Positions 18,262 to 28,925 of a DNA stretch of 64,000 bases are shown here, in pieces. Made by a program: the position numbers and the translations under genes. Position 1 is the stretch's first letter. The number at the start of each line of letters is the position of its first letter. The DNA lies in the NCBI GenBank assembly GCA_019311115.1, contig JAFDDB010000004.1, positions 5,121 to 69,120 of the forward strand, read 5' to 3'. This DNA comes from Deltaproteobacteria bacterium (GTDB lineage: Bacteria; Myxococcota_A; UBA9160; SZUA-336). Under the pieces are notes generated by a model. The model did no database searches. It was not told where the DNA came from and was given only the letters and a program-made list of their open reading frames with translations.

Positions 18262-19992
18262 ATGGCGAGCTACCTGCACGACGGAATCCTCGTGTACCTC
18301 GAGGGTCTGGTCGACTGGGACCATTACTTCCACTACCGGAAGGGTGACGGAGTCGACGTCGACGCCGAGCGCGCGGCGCTGCGGGGCGTGCTCGAGACCT
18401 GCGGCGAGGTCTGTGCCGAGATCGAGCCGATGGCACGCGAGGGCTGGGAGAAGGCGGCCGTCCTCGAGGACGGCGAGGTCGTCAAGCCCGAGCACATCCG
18501 CCGCGGCTACGAGATGCTCCGCGACGCGGGGCTGGTGTCGCTGAGCGTCAAGGAGGAGCACGGAGGCTTCGAGCTGCCCGCGCTCCTCTCGAACATCGTG
18601 CTGCAGATGGTGTCGCGTGCGGACGCCGGGCTCATGACCATCGTCGGGCTACAGGCCGGTGTGGCCGAGGACATCCAGAGCTACGCGTCCGACGAGCTGT
18701 GCGCGCAGTACCTGCCCGGCTTCGCGAGCGGCGAGTTCCAGGGAGCCATGGACCTGACCGAGCCACGGGCCGGCTCGGATCTGGGCGGCATCACGACGCG
18801 CGCCACGCAGGAGGGCGAGCGCTGGTTCGTCGACGGCGAGAAGATCTTCATTACGAACGGCGGCGCCGAGGTCCACCTGGTGCTGGCGCGCGACGACGAC
18901 ACGTTCGACCAGAGCAAGGGCACCACGCGGGGTCTCTCGCTCTTCCTGTGCCCGCGCACCATGCCCGACGGCTCGCGCAACCCGATCTCGATCGAGCGGC
19001 TCGAGCACAAGCTCGGCATCCACGGCTCGCCGACTGCGGTGGTCCGCTTCGAGCGCGCCGAGGGATTCCTGGTCGGCAAGAAGGGCGACGGCTTCAAGGC
19101 CATGCTCCAGCTGATGAACAACGCCCGGCTCGGCGTGGCCGCGCAGGGCGTAGGGATCGCGGAGGCCGCGCTCGAAGAGGCCGTCCGCTACGCGCGCGAG
19201 CGCAAGCAGTTCGGCGCGGCCATCGCCGACCAGCCGCTGATGAAGAACATGCTGGCGCGCATGGTGCTGGGCGTCGAGGGATCACGCGCGCTGCTGTACC
19301 GCTGCTGCGCGCTGATCGACCGCAACAGCGCGATCGAGGCGTACCTGGCCCGTGAGGGCGACCGCGTTCCCGACGCCGAGCGCGCGGATCTGCAGCGCGT
19401 CCTCGAGCGGAACACGGTGCGGACCCGGCTGATGACGCCGCTCGCCAAGTACCTGGCCACCGAGACGGCCGACACGGTGTCGCGCATGGCCGTGCAGGTG
19501 CACGGAGGACTCGGCTTCATGGCGGAGTCCGTGGTCGGGCGCCTGCACCTCGACGGGATCATCACGACCATCTACGAGGGCACCTCCGAGATCCAGATCT
19601 CCTTCGCGCTCAAGGAGATCGGCAAGGGCGCACTCGGCATCGTCTTCGAGGAGATCTCGGCCGATCTCGACAAGCTGGCCGAGGAGCCGCTCGCGGGACT
19701 CGCGGAAAAGGTCCGCGAGGGCATCGCGCGCATCAACGAGTCGTCCGTCGCCCTGATGCAGGACTTCAACTACGCGCTGCTCTGCGCCCGGCCCGTGGCC
19801 GAGATGGTGATCGACGTGATTGTGGCGGCCGAGCTGCTGCGGCAGGCCCACGTCCGGCCCGAGCGCACGGACCTGGCCGCGAGCTGGGTCAACCGCCGCA
19901 TGCTCGAGGTCGAGCTTCACGCCCGGCGGGTGGCCGAAGGCACGGTCGACCGGATCGCCCGCTGCGAGCGAATCATTTCTCTCGTAGACTAG
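18262..19992 (+). CDS. Long acyl-CoA dehydrogenase (576 aa)
   Basis: ACAD-typical FITNGG, TSEIQ and YEGT motifs. Confidence 0.8.
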   Translation: MASYLHDGILVYLEGLVDWDHYFHYRKGDGVDVDAERAALRGVLETCGEVCAEIEPMAREGWEKAAVLEDGEVVKPEHIRRGYEMLRDAGLVSLSVKEEHGGFELPALLSNIVLQMVSRADAGLMTIVGLQAGVAEDIQSYASDELCAQYLPGFASGEFQGAMDLTEPRAGSDLGGITTRATQEGERWFVDGEKIFITNGGAEVHLVLARDDDTFDQSKGTTRGLSLFLCPRTMPDGSRNPISIERLEHKLGIHGSPTAVVRFERAEGFLVGKKGDGFKAMLQLMNNARLGVAAQGVGIAEAALEEAVRYARERKQFGAAIADQPLMKNMLARMVLGVEGSRALLYRCCALIDRNSAIEAYLAREGDRVPDAERADLQRVLERNTVRTRLMTPLAKYLATETADTVSRMAVQVHGGLGFMAESVVGRLHLDGIITTIYEGTSEIQISFALKEIGKGALGIVFEEISADLDKLAEEPLAGLAEKVREGIARINESSVALMQDFNYALLCARPVAEMVIDVIVAAELLRQAHVRPERTDLAASWVNRRMLEVELHARRVAEGTVDRIARCERIISLVD

Positions 19993-19998
19993 CTCCCC

Positions 19999-20415
19999 GT
20001 GAAGATCGCCCTGCGCATCGTCCTGGGGTTCGTGGGCCTGGTCCTCCTGCTCGTCGTCCTTCAGGTCGTCGCGTCGGAGACGGGCGAGGTCGTCGTCGTC
20101 CACACCGTGGACGATGCCGGCGAGCCGCGCGAGACGCGGATCTGGGTACTCGAGGACCGGGGCCGCACCTACATCCGCGGAGGAGAAGGCGGCTGGACGT
20201 CGCGCGTCATTGCGAGTCCCGACATCACAGTCGAGTCCGGCGGCCAGCAGCGCGACGTGCGCGGCGTGCTGCAGACGGACGACGGTACACGCATTCGCGT
20301 CAATCGCCTCTTCCGCGAGAAGTACGGCTGGCGCGACTCCTACATTTCGGTGCTGCTCGGCGACCCGGGGCGCGAGGGGGCCGTCGTGATCGAGGTCGTT
20401 CCCCGCACGCCGTGA
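19999..20415 (+). CDS. Small N-terminally membrane-anchored hypothetical protein
   Basis: GTG start 7 nt after the ACAD stop; TM helix IALRIVLGFVGLVLLLVVLQVV. Confidence 0.4.
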   Translation: MKIALRIVLGFVGLVLLLVVLQVVASETGEVVVVHTVDDAGEPRETRIWVLEDRGRTYIRGGEGGWTSRVIASPDITVESGGQQRDVRGVLQTDDGTRIRVNRLFREKYGWRDSYISVLLGDPGREGAVVIEVVPRTP

Positions 20416-20469
20416 CGCGGCACGTCTGCGGGCGGGCCACTTGAAGCGCCACGTCTGCGGAGCGGCCGC

Positions 20470-21021
<552 letters not shown>

Positions 21022-21022
21022 G

Positions 21023-21847
21023 GTGAGCGAGGTCCAGTCGATCCTGTCGGACGCGAGCCACGTTCGCGAGCAGTACCGCGACTCCTCGAAGCTCGACGCG
21101 CGCGTCCGCATCTACGACCTGTACGCGCAGCGGCCGGAGTCATTCCAGACCTGGGTCTTCGACCGCATGCAGCTCCGCTCCGGCGACCGCGTGCTCGACG
21201 TGGGTGCGGGTACGGCGAACCTGTGGCGCGAGAATGCGGCTCGCGCCGCCGGCCTCTCGCTGCTGCTGGGCGACCGCTCGCCGGGCATGCTGCGGACGGC
21301 CCGCGACCGGCTCGCCGGGACGGGACTCGCCTGCCGGCGCGCGCAACTCGACGCGCAGGCCCTGCCCTTCGCCGACGCGTCGTTCGGGATCGTGGTCGCG
21401 AACCACATGCTCTACCACGTGCCGGATCGCGCTCGCGCCCTCTCCGAGATCCGCCGCGTGCTCGTCCCGGGCGGGCGCTTCTACTCGACCACGAACGGCT
21501 GGTCGCACCTGCTCGAGATGCGGGAGCTCGTGCGGCGCTTCGGTCTGGCGTCGGCCATGCGCAGCGCGGTCTCGGCGTCGGGCGCCTGGGACCTGGAGGA
21601 GGCCGCGCGCGAGTTCGGCGCGCGCTTCGAGGACGTACGTCTCGAGAGCTGTCGCGACGTCCTGCGCGTGACCGACGCCGGCCCGCTGGTCGACGCCATC
21701 CGTTCGATCGGCTCCACGTCCGGCGACGCACCGCCGGACGAGCGGGTGCTGCGCGAGATCTACGACCACGTCGAGTGGATGATCCGGCTCGAGGGCTGGT
21801 TCCACGTATCGACGTGGGCGGGCCTGGTCTCGGGCCGCCGCCCCTGA
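21023..21847 (+). CDS. Class I SAM-dependent methyltransferase
   Basis: VLDVGAGTANL motif I; GTG start directly after the DUF427 stop. Confidence 0.6.
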   Translation: MSEVQSILSDASHVREQYRDSSKLDARVRIYDLYAQRPESFQTWVFDRMQLRSGDRVLDVGAGTANLWRENAARAAGLSLLLGDRSPGMLRTARDRLAGTGLACRRAQLDAQALPFADASFGIVVANHMLYHVPDRARALSEIRRVLVPGGRFYSTTNGWSHLLEMRELVRRFGLASAMRSAVSASGAWDLEEAAREFGARFEDVRLESCRDVLRVTDAGPLVDAIRSIGSTSGDAPPDERVLREIYDHVEWMIRLEGWFHVSTWAGLVSGRRP

Positions 21848-21853
21848 TGCGGC

Positions 21854-23011
21854 TCAGCTCGCGGGCAGTCCCAGCCCGCGCTGCGAGATGATGTTGCGGA
21901 GGATCTCGTTCGTGCCGCCCTGGATGGTGTAGGCGGGCGCGTAGAGCAGTGCGCGAGCCGCGCGGCCGCCGAGCGGTGCGCGCTCGGAGCCGAGCGCGAG
22001 CTGCGACGCGGGTCCGACGATGCGGGCGATCAGGCCGGCGATGCGCTGCTCGAGCGAGGTGCAGAAGACCTTGGCCACGGCGGCTTCGTGGCTCGGCATG
22101 CGGCCTTCGGACAGGATGCCGGCCACCCGGTAGATCATGCCGCGCCCGGCGTGGAGTGCGGTCTCGATCCCGGCGATCTCCTGGCGGAGTACCGGGTCCG
22201 CGGTCGCGCCGGTCTCCCGGGCCAGGGCGACGGCGTCTCGCCACAGCGGCCAGTTCGAGATCAGCCGCTCGATGCCGCTCCGCTCGTAGTCGAGCTGCTG
22301 CATGATCTGATAGAAGCCGCGGTCGAGCGTCCCGATCAGCCAGCGCCGCGGGACGCGGACCTCGTCGAAGAACACCTCGCCAAAGTGCGACTCGCCGACC
22401 ATGTCGGGGATCGGGCTGACCGTGATGCCCGGCGCGTCCATCGGCACCAGGATCTCGCTGATCCCCCGGTGTGGAGCCGCCTCGGGGTCGGTGCGCGCGA
22501 CCAGGTAGCAGAACTCCGCATCGCTGGCGAAGCTGGTCCAGATCTTCTGGCCGCTGACCACGAAGTCGTCGCCGTCGGCGACCGCGCGCGTGGAGAGGCC
22601 CGCCAGGTCGCTGCCCGCTCCGGGCTCGCTCATGCCGACGCAGAAGCAGACGTCGGCACGCACGATGCGCGGCAGCAGCTCTTCGCGCTGCTCGTCGGTG
22701 CCGTGGGCGAGGAGCGCCGGCCCGATCTGGCGGTCGCCGAACCAGTGCGCCGCGACCGGCGCGCCCGCGCGCAGCAGTTCCTCGGTGACGATCAGCCGGT
22801 CCAGGTAGCTGCGCTCGCCGCCGCCGTAGCGGGCGGGCCAGGTCAGGCCGATCCAGCCGCGCTCGCCCAGTCTGCGCGAGAAGTCGCGGTCGAAGCCGGC
22901 GATCCAGCCGTCCTCGGAGAACGCGCGGCCCTGCGGGGCGGGGTCGGACGCCAGGAACTCCCGCAGCTCGCTGCGCAGCCGCTCCTGCTCGGGCGAGGGC
23001 CGGAAGTCCAT
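21854..23011 (-). CDS. Acyl-CoA dehydrogenase
   Basis: Inner Met MDFRPSPEQERL; GMSEPGAGSD and QGGTNEI ACAD motifs. Confidence 0.75.
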   Translation of the reverse strand: MDFRPSPEQERLRSELREFLASDPAPQGRAFSEDGWIAGFDRDFSRRLGERGWIGLTWPARYGGGERSYLDRLIVTEELLRAGAPVAAHWFGDRQIGPALLAHGTDEQREELLPRIVRADVCFCVGMSEPGAGSDLAGLSTRAVADGDDFVVSGQKIWTSFASDAEFCYLVARTDPEAAPHRGISEILVPMDAPGITVSPIPDMVGESHFGEVFFDEVRVPRRWLIGTLDRGFYQIMQQLDYERSGIERLISNWPLWRDAVALARETGATADPVLRQEIAGIETALHAGRGMIYRVAGILSEGRMPSHEAAVAKVFCTSLEQRIAGLIARIVGPASQLALGSERAPLGGRAARALLYAPAYTIQGGTNEILRNIISQRGLGLPAS

Positions 23012-23021
23012 CGCTCGCGCG

Positions 23022-24257
23022 TCAGCTGCCGAAGGCCTGGCGGATGCGGTCGATCGCCTCCTTGATCGCGTCCTCGCGCCCGAACGCGGAGAGGCGGAAG
23101 AAGCCCTCGCCGCAGGCGCCGAAGCCCGCGCCGGGTGTCCCGACCACGTTCGCGCGTTCGAGCATCGCGTCGAAGAAGTCCCACGATCCCGCACCCCCGG
23201 GCGTCTTGAGCCACACGTACGGCGCGTTCACGCCGCCGTAGACCGTGAACCCGAGCTCGTCGAGCCCTTGGCGGATCTGCCGCGCGTTGGCCATGTAGTA
23301 GTCGCGGTTGGCGAGGATCTCGCGGCGGCCGGCGTCGGTGTAGACCGCAGCCGCGCCGCACTGCACCGGGTAGGACGCGCCGTTGAACTTGGTGTTGCTG
23401 CGCCGCGCCCACAGGCCGTGCAGGCCGACGGCCCGGCCCGACTCGTCGCGTCCCTCGAGCTCGCGTGGGATCACGACGTACCCGCAGCGCACGCCGGTGA
23501 AGCCCGCGCTCTTCGAGAAGCTCCGGAACTCGATCGCGCACTCGCGCGCTCCCTCGATCTCGTAGATCGAGTGGGGGAGTTCCGGCTCGCCGATGTAGAG
23601 CTCGTAGGCGGCGTCGAATAGCAGGACCGCACCGTTCTCGCGCGCCCACGCGACCCAGCGCCCGAGCGCCGCGCGGTCGGCGACGGCGCCCGTCGGGTTG
23701 TTGGGGAAGCAGAGGTAGACCAGGTCGACCGGTCGCGACGGAGGCTCGGGCAGGAAGCCGTTCTGCTCGGTACAGGGCAGGTACTCGATGCCCTGGTAGC
23801 GGCCGTCGGCGTCGGCCACGCCGGTCCGGCCCGCCATCACGTTGGTGTCGACGTAGACCGGATAGACCGGGTCCGGGACCGCGATCGTCGCGCTCTGCGC
23901 GAAGATCTCCTGGATGTTCGCGCTGTCGCACTTGGAGCCGTCCGAGACGAAGATCTCGTCCGGCGACACCTCGACGCCGCGACTGCGAAAGTCTCCCTCG
24001 GCGATCGCCTCGCGCAGGAAGTCGTAGCCTTCGTAGGGCCCGTAGCCGCGGAAGCCCTCGTCGGTCCCGAGTTCGTCCACGGCGCGGTGCATCGCGTCGC
24101 GAACGCTCTGCGGCAGGGGGAGTACGACGTCGCCGATCCCCAGGGGGATGATGGCGGCGTCGGGGTGGGATTCGCGAAAGGCGTCGACCCGCCGGCTGAT
24201 CTCCGGAAACAGGTACCCCGCCGCGAGCTTCAGGTAGTTGTCGTTGATGCGCGCCAT
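23022..24257 (-). CDS. dapL: LL-diaminopimelate aminotransferase
   Basis: [20 protein letters not shown] is the DapL N-terminus; PLP lysine [10 protein letters not shown]. Confidence 0.8.
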   Translation of the reverse strand: MARINDNYLKLAAGYLFPEISRRVDAFRESHPDAAIIPLGIGDVVLPLPQSVRDAMHRAVDELGTDEGFRGYGPYEGYDFLREAIAEGDFRSRGVEVSPDEIFVSDGSKCDSANIQEIFAQSATIAVPDPVYPVYVDTNVMAGRTGVADADGRYQGIEYLPCTEQNGFLPEPPSRPVDLVYLCFPNNPTGAVADRAALGRWVAWARENGAVLLFDAAYELYIGEPELPHSIYEIEGARECAIEFRSFSKSAGFTGVRCGYVVIPRELEGRDESGRAVGLHGLWARRSNTKFNGASYPVQCGAAAVYTDAGRREILANRDYYMANARQIRQGLDELGFTVYGGVNAPYVWLKTPGGAGSWDFFDAMLERANVVGTPGAGFGACGEGFFRLSAFGREDAIKEAIDRIRQAFGS

Positions 24258-24345
24258 CGCCGGACGATATCGAGGAACGCATCGGCGATCAATCACGTCC
24301 CTCCCCCGGCGGAGGCTGCCCTGGCCGGAGGCGTCGGCCCGCTGC

Positions 24346-24876
24346 CTAGCGGGCAGCGTCTGCGACGGGCGGGCTGCCGACTCGCAGGTCGATGCGCTCG
24401 AGCTTCCGGGCGCCGTCGGCGGCGTCGTGGAGCACGTCGATCGTCCAGCGGCCGGGGCGGTCGAGCTTGAACCGCTTCCAGGTCCGGAAGCGGATCCCGC
24501 TCGACAGCGAGACCTCGCGCGCCTGCCGCGTCAGGCCGTCGTGGTTGAACTGGATCAGCACCTTCGGCTCCTTCGCTTGCTTGGGAACCAGGAAGTTCAG
24601 CCACAGGTAGGTGTCGGTGTCGGCCAGGATCGTGTCCGGGTCCAGCTCCCCCGTGCACTCGTTCTTCGACTCGCCCTCCGTGGCGATGTCGGAGCAGAGC
24701 CGCGTCTCGATCAGCAGCGGTGCCGACGAGTCTTCGGCGAAGTAGTAGCCGAGGACACGGCGGACCTCGTCGCCGCTCGGCGAGCCGTCCGGCGCGGCCG
24801 AAGAGCCGGCGAGCGCCTCTACGGTTCCGGTGTTCGCGATCCCCAGGGCCAGCAGTACGAACAGAACGCGCTTCAT
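24346..24876 (-). CDS. Secreted hypothetical protein
   Basis: Signal peptide [21 protein letters not shown]; no family assigned. Confidence 0.4.
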   Translation of the reverse strand: MKRVLFVLLALGIANTGTVEALAGSSAAPDGSPSGDEVRRVLGYYFAEDSSAPLLIETRLCSDIATEGESKNECTGELDPDTILADTDTYLWLNFLVPKQAKEPKVLIQFNHDGLTRQAREVSLSSGIRFRTWKRFKLDRPGRWTIDVLHDAADGARKLERIDLRVGSPPVADAAR

Positions 24877-24987
24877 GTCTTCCCCCGCGGTGGGTCCCGG
24901 CGGCGGAGGCGCGACGTGCGCACCGCGCCGAGTCCAGGACTCGCGGGACCTATCGGCGCCTGGGTGCGGGAGAGTGCGTGACTCGGG

Positions 24988-25365
24988 TCACTCTTCGCCG
25001 GAGGACGCATCCTGGAGCGTCGCCAGCACGAGGCTCGCGAGCTCCGGGCGATCGCCGATCGGCTCGAGCACCCGGATGCGCAACTCGGGGTGGCGCCCGG
25101 CGGCCTCGGCGACGATCTCGGGGATGTCGCGCGCCACGTGGTTGCCCGGGATCAGGAAGAGCGGGTGGATCGCGACCTCGGCGTGTCCGGCCTGCACGCA
25201 GGCGCGGATCGCGTCCGCGAGCGACGGTTCGGCGAGCTCCAGGTGCGCGGTGAAGACCGAGAGCGAGGCGTCGCGGGCGCGCACGCGGTCCGCCAGCCCC
25301 TCCAGGTGTAGGTGGGCCTCGGGACGGCGGCTGCCGTGGTCCAGGATGATGAGCGCGCGAGTCAC
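24988..25365 (-). CDS. cbiX: CbiX (small) sirohydrochlorin chelatase-like protein
   Basis: ALIILDHGSRRPEA...HLEL...HPLFL pattern of the CbiX/SirB chelatase domain; GTG start overlaps the upstream stop. Confidence 0.6.
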   Translation of the reverse strand: MTRALIILDHGSRRPEAHLHLEGLADRVRARDASLSVFTAHLELAEPSLADAIRACVQAGHAEVAIHPLFLIPGNHVARDIPEIVAEAAGRHPELRIRVLEPIGDRPELASLVLATLQDASSGEE

Positions 25366-25670
25366 ACGTCACCCCAGTAGTCCGCGGTGATTTCCAGGTC
25401 GTCGTGGACCCGCACCGCACAGGCCAGGCGCAGCGAGGCGTCGATGCGGTTGCGCAGCTTGGCGCGGCGCTCGATCGGCGCCTCGCGGGTGACGCGTCCC
25501 GACAGGATGCGCACGCCGCAGCGGCCGCAGATCAGGTCGTCGCCGCAAGGGCTGGCGATCGGCAGTCCCGCGCCGCGGACCGCGTCGATCAGCAGGGTCC
25601 CCTTCTTGACGTCGGCGGAGCGGCCTCCGGGGCGAAACAGCACGACGGGCACCGAGCCAGGGTAGGACAT
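25362..25670 (-). CDS. 2Fe-2S ferredoxin-like protein
   Basis: Only the last 102 aa of ORF 25362..27278 are real: CGDDLICGRCGV cysteine cluster. Confidence 0.5.
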   Translation of the reverse strand: MSYPGSVPVVLFRPGGRSADVKKGTLLIDAVRGAGLPIASPCGDDLICGRCGVRILSGRVTREAPIERRAKLRNRIDASLRLACAVRVHDDLEITADYWGDV

Positions 25671-25724
25671 CGCGCCATGGGCGCGGGAGCCGCTGGTTGA
25701 ACCCCGGACGCGCCGCCGTCTAAC

Positions 25725-26474
25725 ATGCCTGTTGTGAGCCAGGAAACCTCCACCGCCGGCATCCTGATCATCGGCAACGAGATCCTCTCGGGGAAGTTCC
25801 CGGACGAGAACGCTCCCTTCCTGTTGAAGGAGCTTCGCGTTCAGGGCGTGGACGTCGAGCGCGTCCACACCATCCCGGACGAGATCGACGTCATCGCCGA
25901 CGAGGTCGCCCGCTTCGCCAGGGACTTCACGTACGTCATCACGACCGGCGGCGTGGGCCCGACGCACGACGACGTGACCCTCGATGGAGTGGCGCGGGCC
26001 TTCGGCGAGAGCCTGGTCCGGCACGAGCAGATGGAGCGGATGCTGCGGGAGGCCATGCGCGACGGCGAGCCGAACGCGAGCCTGCTGAAGATGTGCGACC
26101 TGCCCGAGAGCGCGGAGCTGCTGACCTCGCCGGACCTGTGGTTCCCGCTCGTGCGCGTGCGCAATGCCTACGTGTTCCCGGGCGTACCCCGGCTGCTCAA
26201 GCTCAAGTTCGAGTCGAGTCGCGAGCTCTTCGTGGGCCGACCGATCTCGATCCGGCGGATCTTCCTGAGCTGCAACGAGCACGACGTGGCGCAGCACCTG
26301 CACGACCTGCTCGAGATCTTCCCCGAGGTCATGATCGGTAGCTACCCGCGCTTCGAGGAGACCGAGTTCCGGACCCTGCTGACGCTCGAGTCGCGCGACA
26401 GCGACTACCTGGGACGCGCGGTCGATTCCCTGGTCGGGAAGATCCCCGCCGACGACCTGGTCCGCGTCGAGTAG
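25725..26474 (+). CDS. MoCF-biosynthesis/CinA-like molybdopterin-binding domain protein
   Basis: GILIIGNEILSGK...TGGVGPTHDD pattern of the MoaB/MogA/CinA N-domain. Confidence 0.55.
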   Translation: MPVVSQETSTAGILIIGNEILSGKFPDENAPFLLKELRVQGVDVERVHTIPDEIDVIADEVARFARDFTYVITTGGVGPTHDDVTLDGVARAFGESLVRHEQMERMLREAMRDGEPNASLLKMCDLPESAELLTSPDLWFPLVRVRNAYVFPGVPRLLKLKFESSRELFVGRPISIRRIFLSCNEHDVAQHLHDLLEIFPEVMIGSYPRFEETEFRTLLTLESRDSDYLGRAVDSLVGKIPADDLVRVE

Positions 26475-27238
26475 CCGAGCGCGGCGGCCGCCGCGGGCTC
26501 GCGCTCGCGTGCGATCAGGATCGCGAGGCGCTTGCCCGCGATCGTGTGGTTCATCACGCTGACTTCGGTGGACACGGTACCGCCGTCGCCGCGCAGGAAG
26601 ACCAGCGGAGTCAGCCCCGACTCCTCTTCGGCGTCGAGCCGCGCCTCGAAGTGCCGGAACGCGGGCCGCGCGTCGTCGGGCACGAGCTCGATCAGCGGCC
26701 GCCTCAGGATGCGGCCGGCCTCGATCCCGAGCAGCGTCTCGGCGGCCGGATTCAGGTCGTAGACGAGGCCGGTGTCCAGGCAGAGCGCCACGTAGGCGTC
26801 GCCGATGCGGTCGATCGCGCCGCGCACGCGCTTGCCGGCGTTCGCCGTCTTGCGCCGCTGCTTCTTCGGCCCGGATTCTTTCGGCGTCATGATGCGGCGC
26901 AGTCCCGCCCGGAAGCGCAGCTCCATGTCGCGGAGCGTCTGCTGGATCGCGTCGTCGTCGGCGCATTGCACGGCCACGTCCACCGCGATGGCGACCGCGC
27001 GCTCGAGTCCCGCCGGGTCGTTTCCGGCCAGCCCGTCGAGAGAGGGACGTGCGGCCGTACGATCGATGCTGGCGAGACGGCAGAAGCTGCGGAAGCGCCG
27101 GACGATCTCGGCGCGAGCGTGGGGCGTCGGCTCGGCCCGGCCGATACGCCGGTCGACTTCGCTCGCAATCGTGCTCCGGTAGCGATCCAGATGCACTGCG
27201 GTCGCGCGCAGAAGCGCTCGCTCGCTCCCCCCACCCAT
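26405..27238 (-). CDS. PAS-domain sensor-like protein without an output domain
   Basis: PAS-like VYDLNPAAETLLGIEAGRILRRPLIELVPDD; 70-nt convergent overlap with the MoCF gene. Confidence 0.4.
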   Translation of the reverse strand: MGGGSERALLRATAVHLDRYRSTIASEVDRRIGRAEPTPHARAEIVRRFRSFCRLASIDRTAARPSLDGLAGNDPAGLERAVAIAVDVAVQCADDDAIQQTLRDMELRFRAGLRRIMTPKESGPKKQRRKTANAGKRVRGAIDRIGDAYVALCLDTGLVYDLNPAAETLLGIEAGRILRRPLIELVPDDARPAFRHFEARLDAEEESGLTPLVFLRGDGGTVSTEVSVMNHTIAGKRLAILIAREREPAAAAALGYSTRTRSSAGIFPTRESTARPR

Positions 27239-27360
27239 CGCGAGCAAGGTAAGTGACTCCGGCTCCGCCGACCACCACCCGGCGCTATAGACCCGGACGG
27301 CGCTGCGGACCCGGACGGCGCTGTGGACCAGGGAAGTGGCCGAGGTTACGCTCGCGCCGC

Positions 27361-27780
27361 ATGCGCTGGCTCGCATACGTCCACCCGGCCGCGATGCTGG
27401 TCCTGCTGGTTCTCGCCGTGTGGGTGCTGCGGCTCGGACTCGGAGTCCGCCGCGCTCGGCTGAGCGGCCGGCGCGCCGATTCGGCACGCCACCGCGCCGT
27501 CGCGCGCTGGGTCGTCCCGCTGCTGGTCCTCGGCTGGGGTGCGGGGCTGGGCTCGATCCTCTGGCTGCGCGGGCTGGCGCCGTTCGAGTCGGTGCATTTT
27601 CCGCTCGCGACCGCCGCCGTCCTGGGCATGGCTGGGGCGGGGGTGCTGGGCTTCGTCCTCGAGCGGCGGGTCCGGCCCGCGGCCCTGCCCGCGGCGCGGA
27701 GGGCCCACGCGCTGCTCGGGGCGGGCGGCCTGCTGCTGGCGCTCGCCGCCGCGATCGCCGGAATGGCGATCCTGCCGTAG
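27361..27780 (+). CDS. Polytopic membrane protein (DUF4079-like)
   Basis: Four hydrophobic helices starting at MRWLAYVHPAAMLVLLVLAVWVL. Confidence 0.45.
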   Translation: MRWLAYVHPAAMLVLLVLAVWVLRLGLGVRRARLSGRRADSARHRAVARWVVPLLVLGWGAGLGSILWLRGLAPFESVHFPLATAAVLGMAGAGVLGFVLERRVRPAALPAARRAHALLGAGGLLLALAAAIAGMAILP

Positions 27781-27782
27781 AC

Positions 27783-28874
27783 CTACTCGAGCGAGCCGGG
27801 AGCCGGATCTTCGGCCTCGCCGGGCGTGGCCGGCAGGCTGAACCCCGGCTCGTCGGCGGGAGCCGGGACGGGGGCCTCGGCCTGCACCTCGTCGAGCGGC
27901 TCGGCGCTCGGCTCCGGAGGCCCGTCCAGGATGTTCCGCAGGACGCGGCGGAACCTGGCGTTGGTCAGCAGTGCCATCGTGTCGCCCGACGAGATCGCCG
28001 CCGCGATCTCCGGATCGTCCATCAACCCGCGCAGCTCGGGGTCGTCGCGCAGCCCCTTGATGCGCGGGCTCACCGCCATGAGCACCTCGCGTGCCTTGTT
28101 CCGGAACAGGCGCGGGTCCGAGGCGGCCGCGTCATTGATCAGTCCCAGCTCGAACAGCTGCCGCCGGAAGCTGGAGTCGTAGGCGGCGCCGAGGAAGCTG
28201 CCCCGGTTCAGCGCCGTGTCGATCGCTCCGTTCTCGACGTAGCTCCAGAACAGGCGGTCCTGCTGCAGCGTACGCATGCGCGGTCCGCTGGCCAGGTCGC
28301 TCACGTTCGAGATCGTCTCGGCCGGCCGCACGGCCGCGCGGATCGCCGCTCGTGCGGCGGTGTCGTCCTCGGACAGGATCGCCGCGGCGCCGGTCTCGAC
28401 CACCACCTGCGTCAGGAACGGGACCCGGGAGTCGCTCGTGTCGGGCAAGGCTTCGAGCGCGCCGCCCCCTCCACTTGCCCGGCCCGCCTGCATCCAGAGG
28501 CCGAGCCAGCCGATCAGGACCACGAGAATGGCGCCCTGCGCCGCGCCGAGCAGCGCGCCCCCGGCGCGGTCGGCGGCCGTTCGGGGGGCCCCGCGTCGGC
28601 GCCGCTTCTCCCAGCTCGTGATCACCTTCGAGACGACGCCGAGTCCGAGCCAGGCGACGATGAACGTGGCCGAGCCGGCCGCCGCCATTCCCAGCACGCG
28701 GGGGACGTTGAGCTGTGCTGCGGCGAGCTCAGCGAATACGGAAGAGCCGATGACCGCCGCCCAGTACGCCGCGATCAGCGAGGCGATGCGAAGCCCGGTC
28801 GAGAGCGTTCCCCGCACCAGTCCGAGCGTGGAGAGCCCGGCGAGCGCCGCGAACGCGAGAACGTCCAACCACAT
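27783..28874 (-). CDS. cvpA: CvpA-family membrane protein with a C-terminal soluble extension
   Basis: N-terminal MWLDVLAFAALAGLSTLGLVRG and four TM helices characteristic of CvpA. Confidence 0.55.
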   Translation of the reverse strand: MWLDVLAFAALAGLSTLGLVRGTLSTGLRIASLIAAYWAAVIGSSVFAELAAAQLNVPRVLGMAAAGSATFIVAWLGLGVVSKVITSWEKRRRRGAPRTAADRAGGALLGAAQGAILVVLIGWLGLWMQAGRASGGGGALEALPDTSDSRVPFLTQVVVETGAAAILSEDDTAARAAIRAAVRPAETISNVSDLASGPRMRTLQQDRLFWSYVENGAIDTALNRGSFLGAAYDSSFRRQLFELGLINDAAASDPRLFRNKAREVLMAVSPRIKGLRDDPELRGLMDDPEIAAAISSGDTMALLTNARFRRVLRNILDGPPEPSAEPLDEVQAEAPVPAPADEPGFSLPATPGEAEDPAPGSLE

Positions 28875-28925
28875 GTACTCGCAATCGGCTCTCGGCGGCC
28901 CGCGCTTTACGTCGCGAACCCCCGG

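Noticed and set aside
24978-24991. GTGAC-tcgg-GTCAC inverted repeat at the cbiX 3' end as an intrinsic terminator
   Set aside because: It overlaps the cbiX stop codon and is not followed by a U-tract on the relevant strand.
25362-27278. 638-aa minus-strand ORF
   Set aside because: Only the last 102 aa (2Fe-2S ferredoxin-like) are credible; the rest is antisense to the MoCF-domain gene and runs in the wrong frame through the PAS gene.
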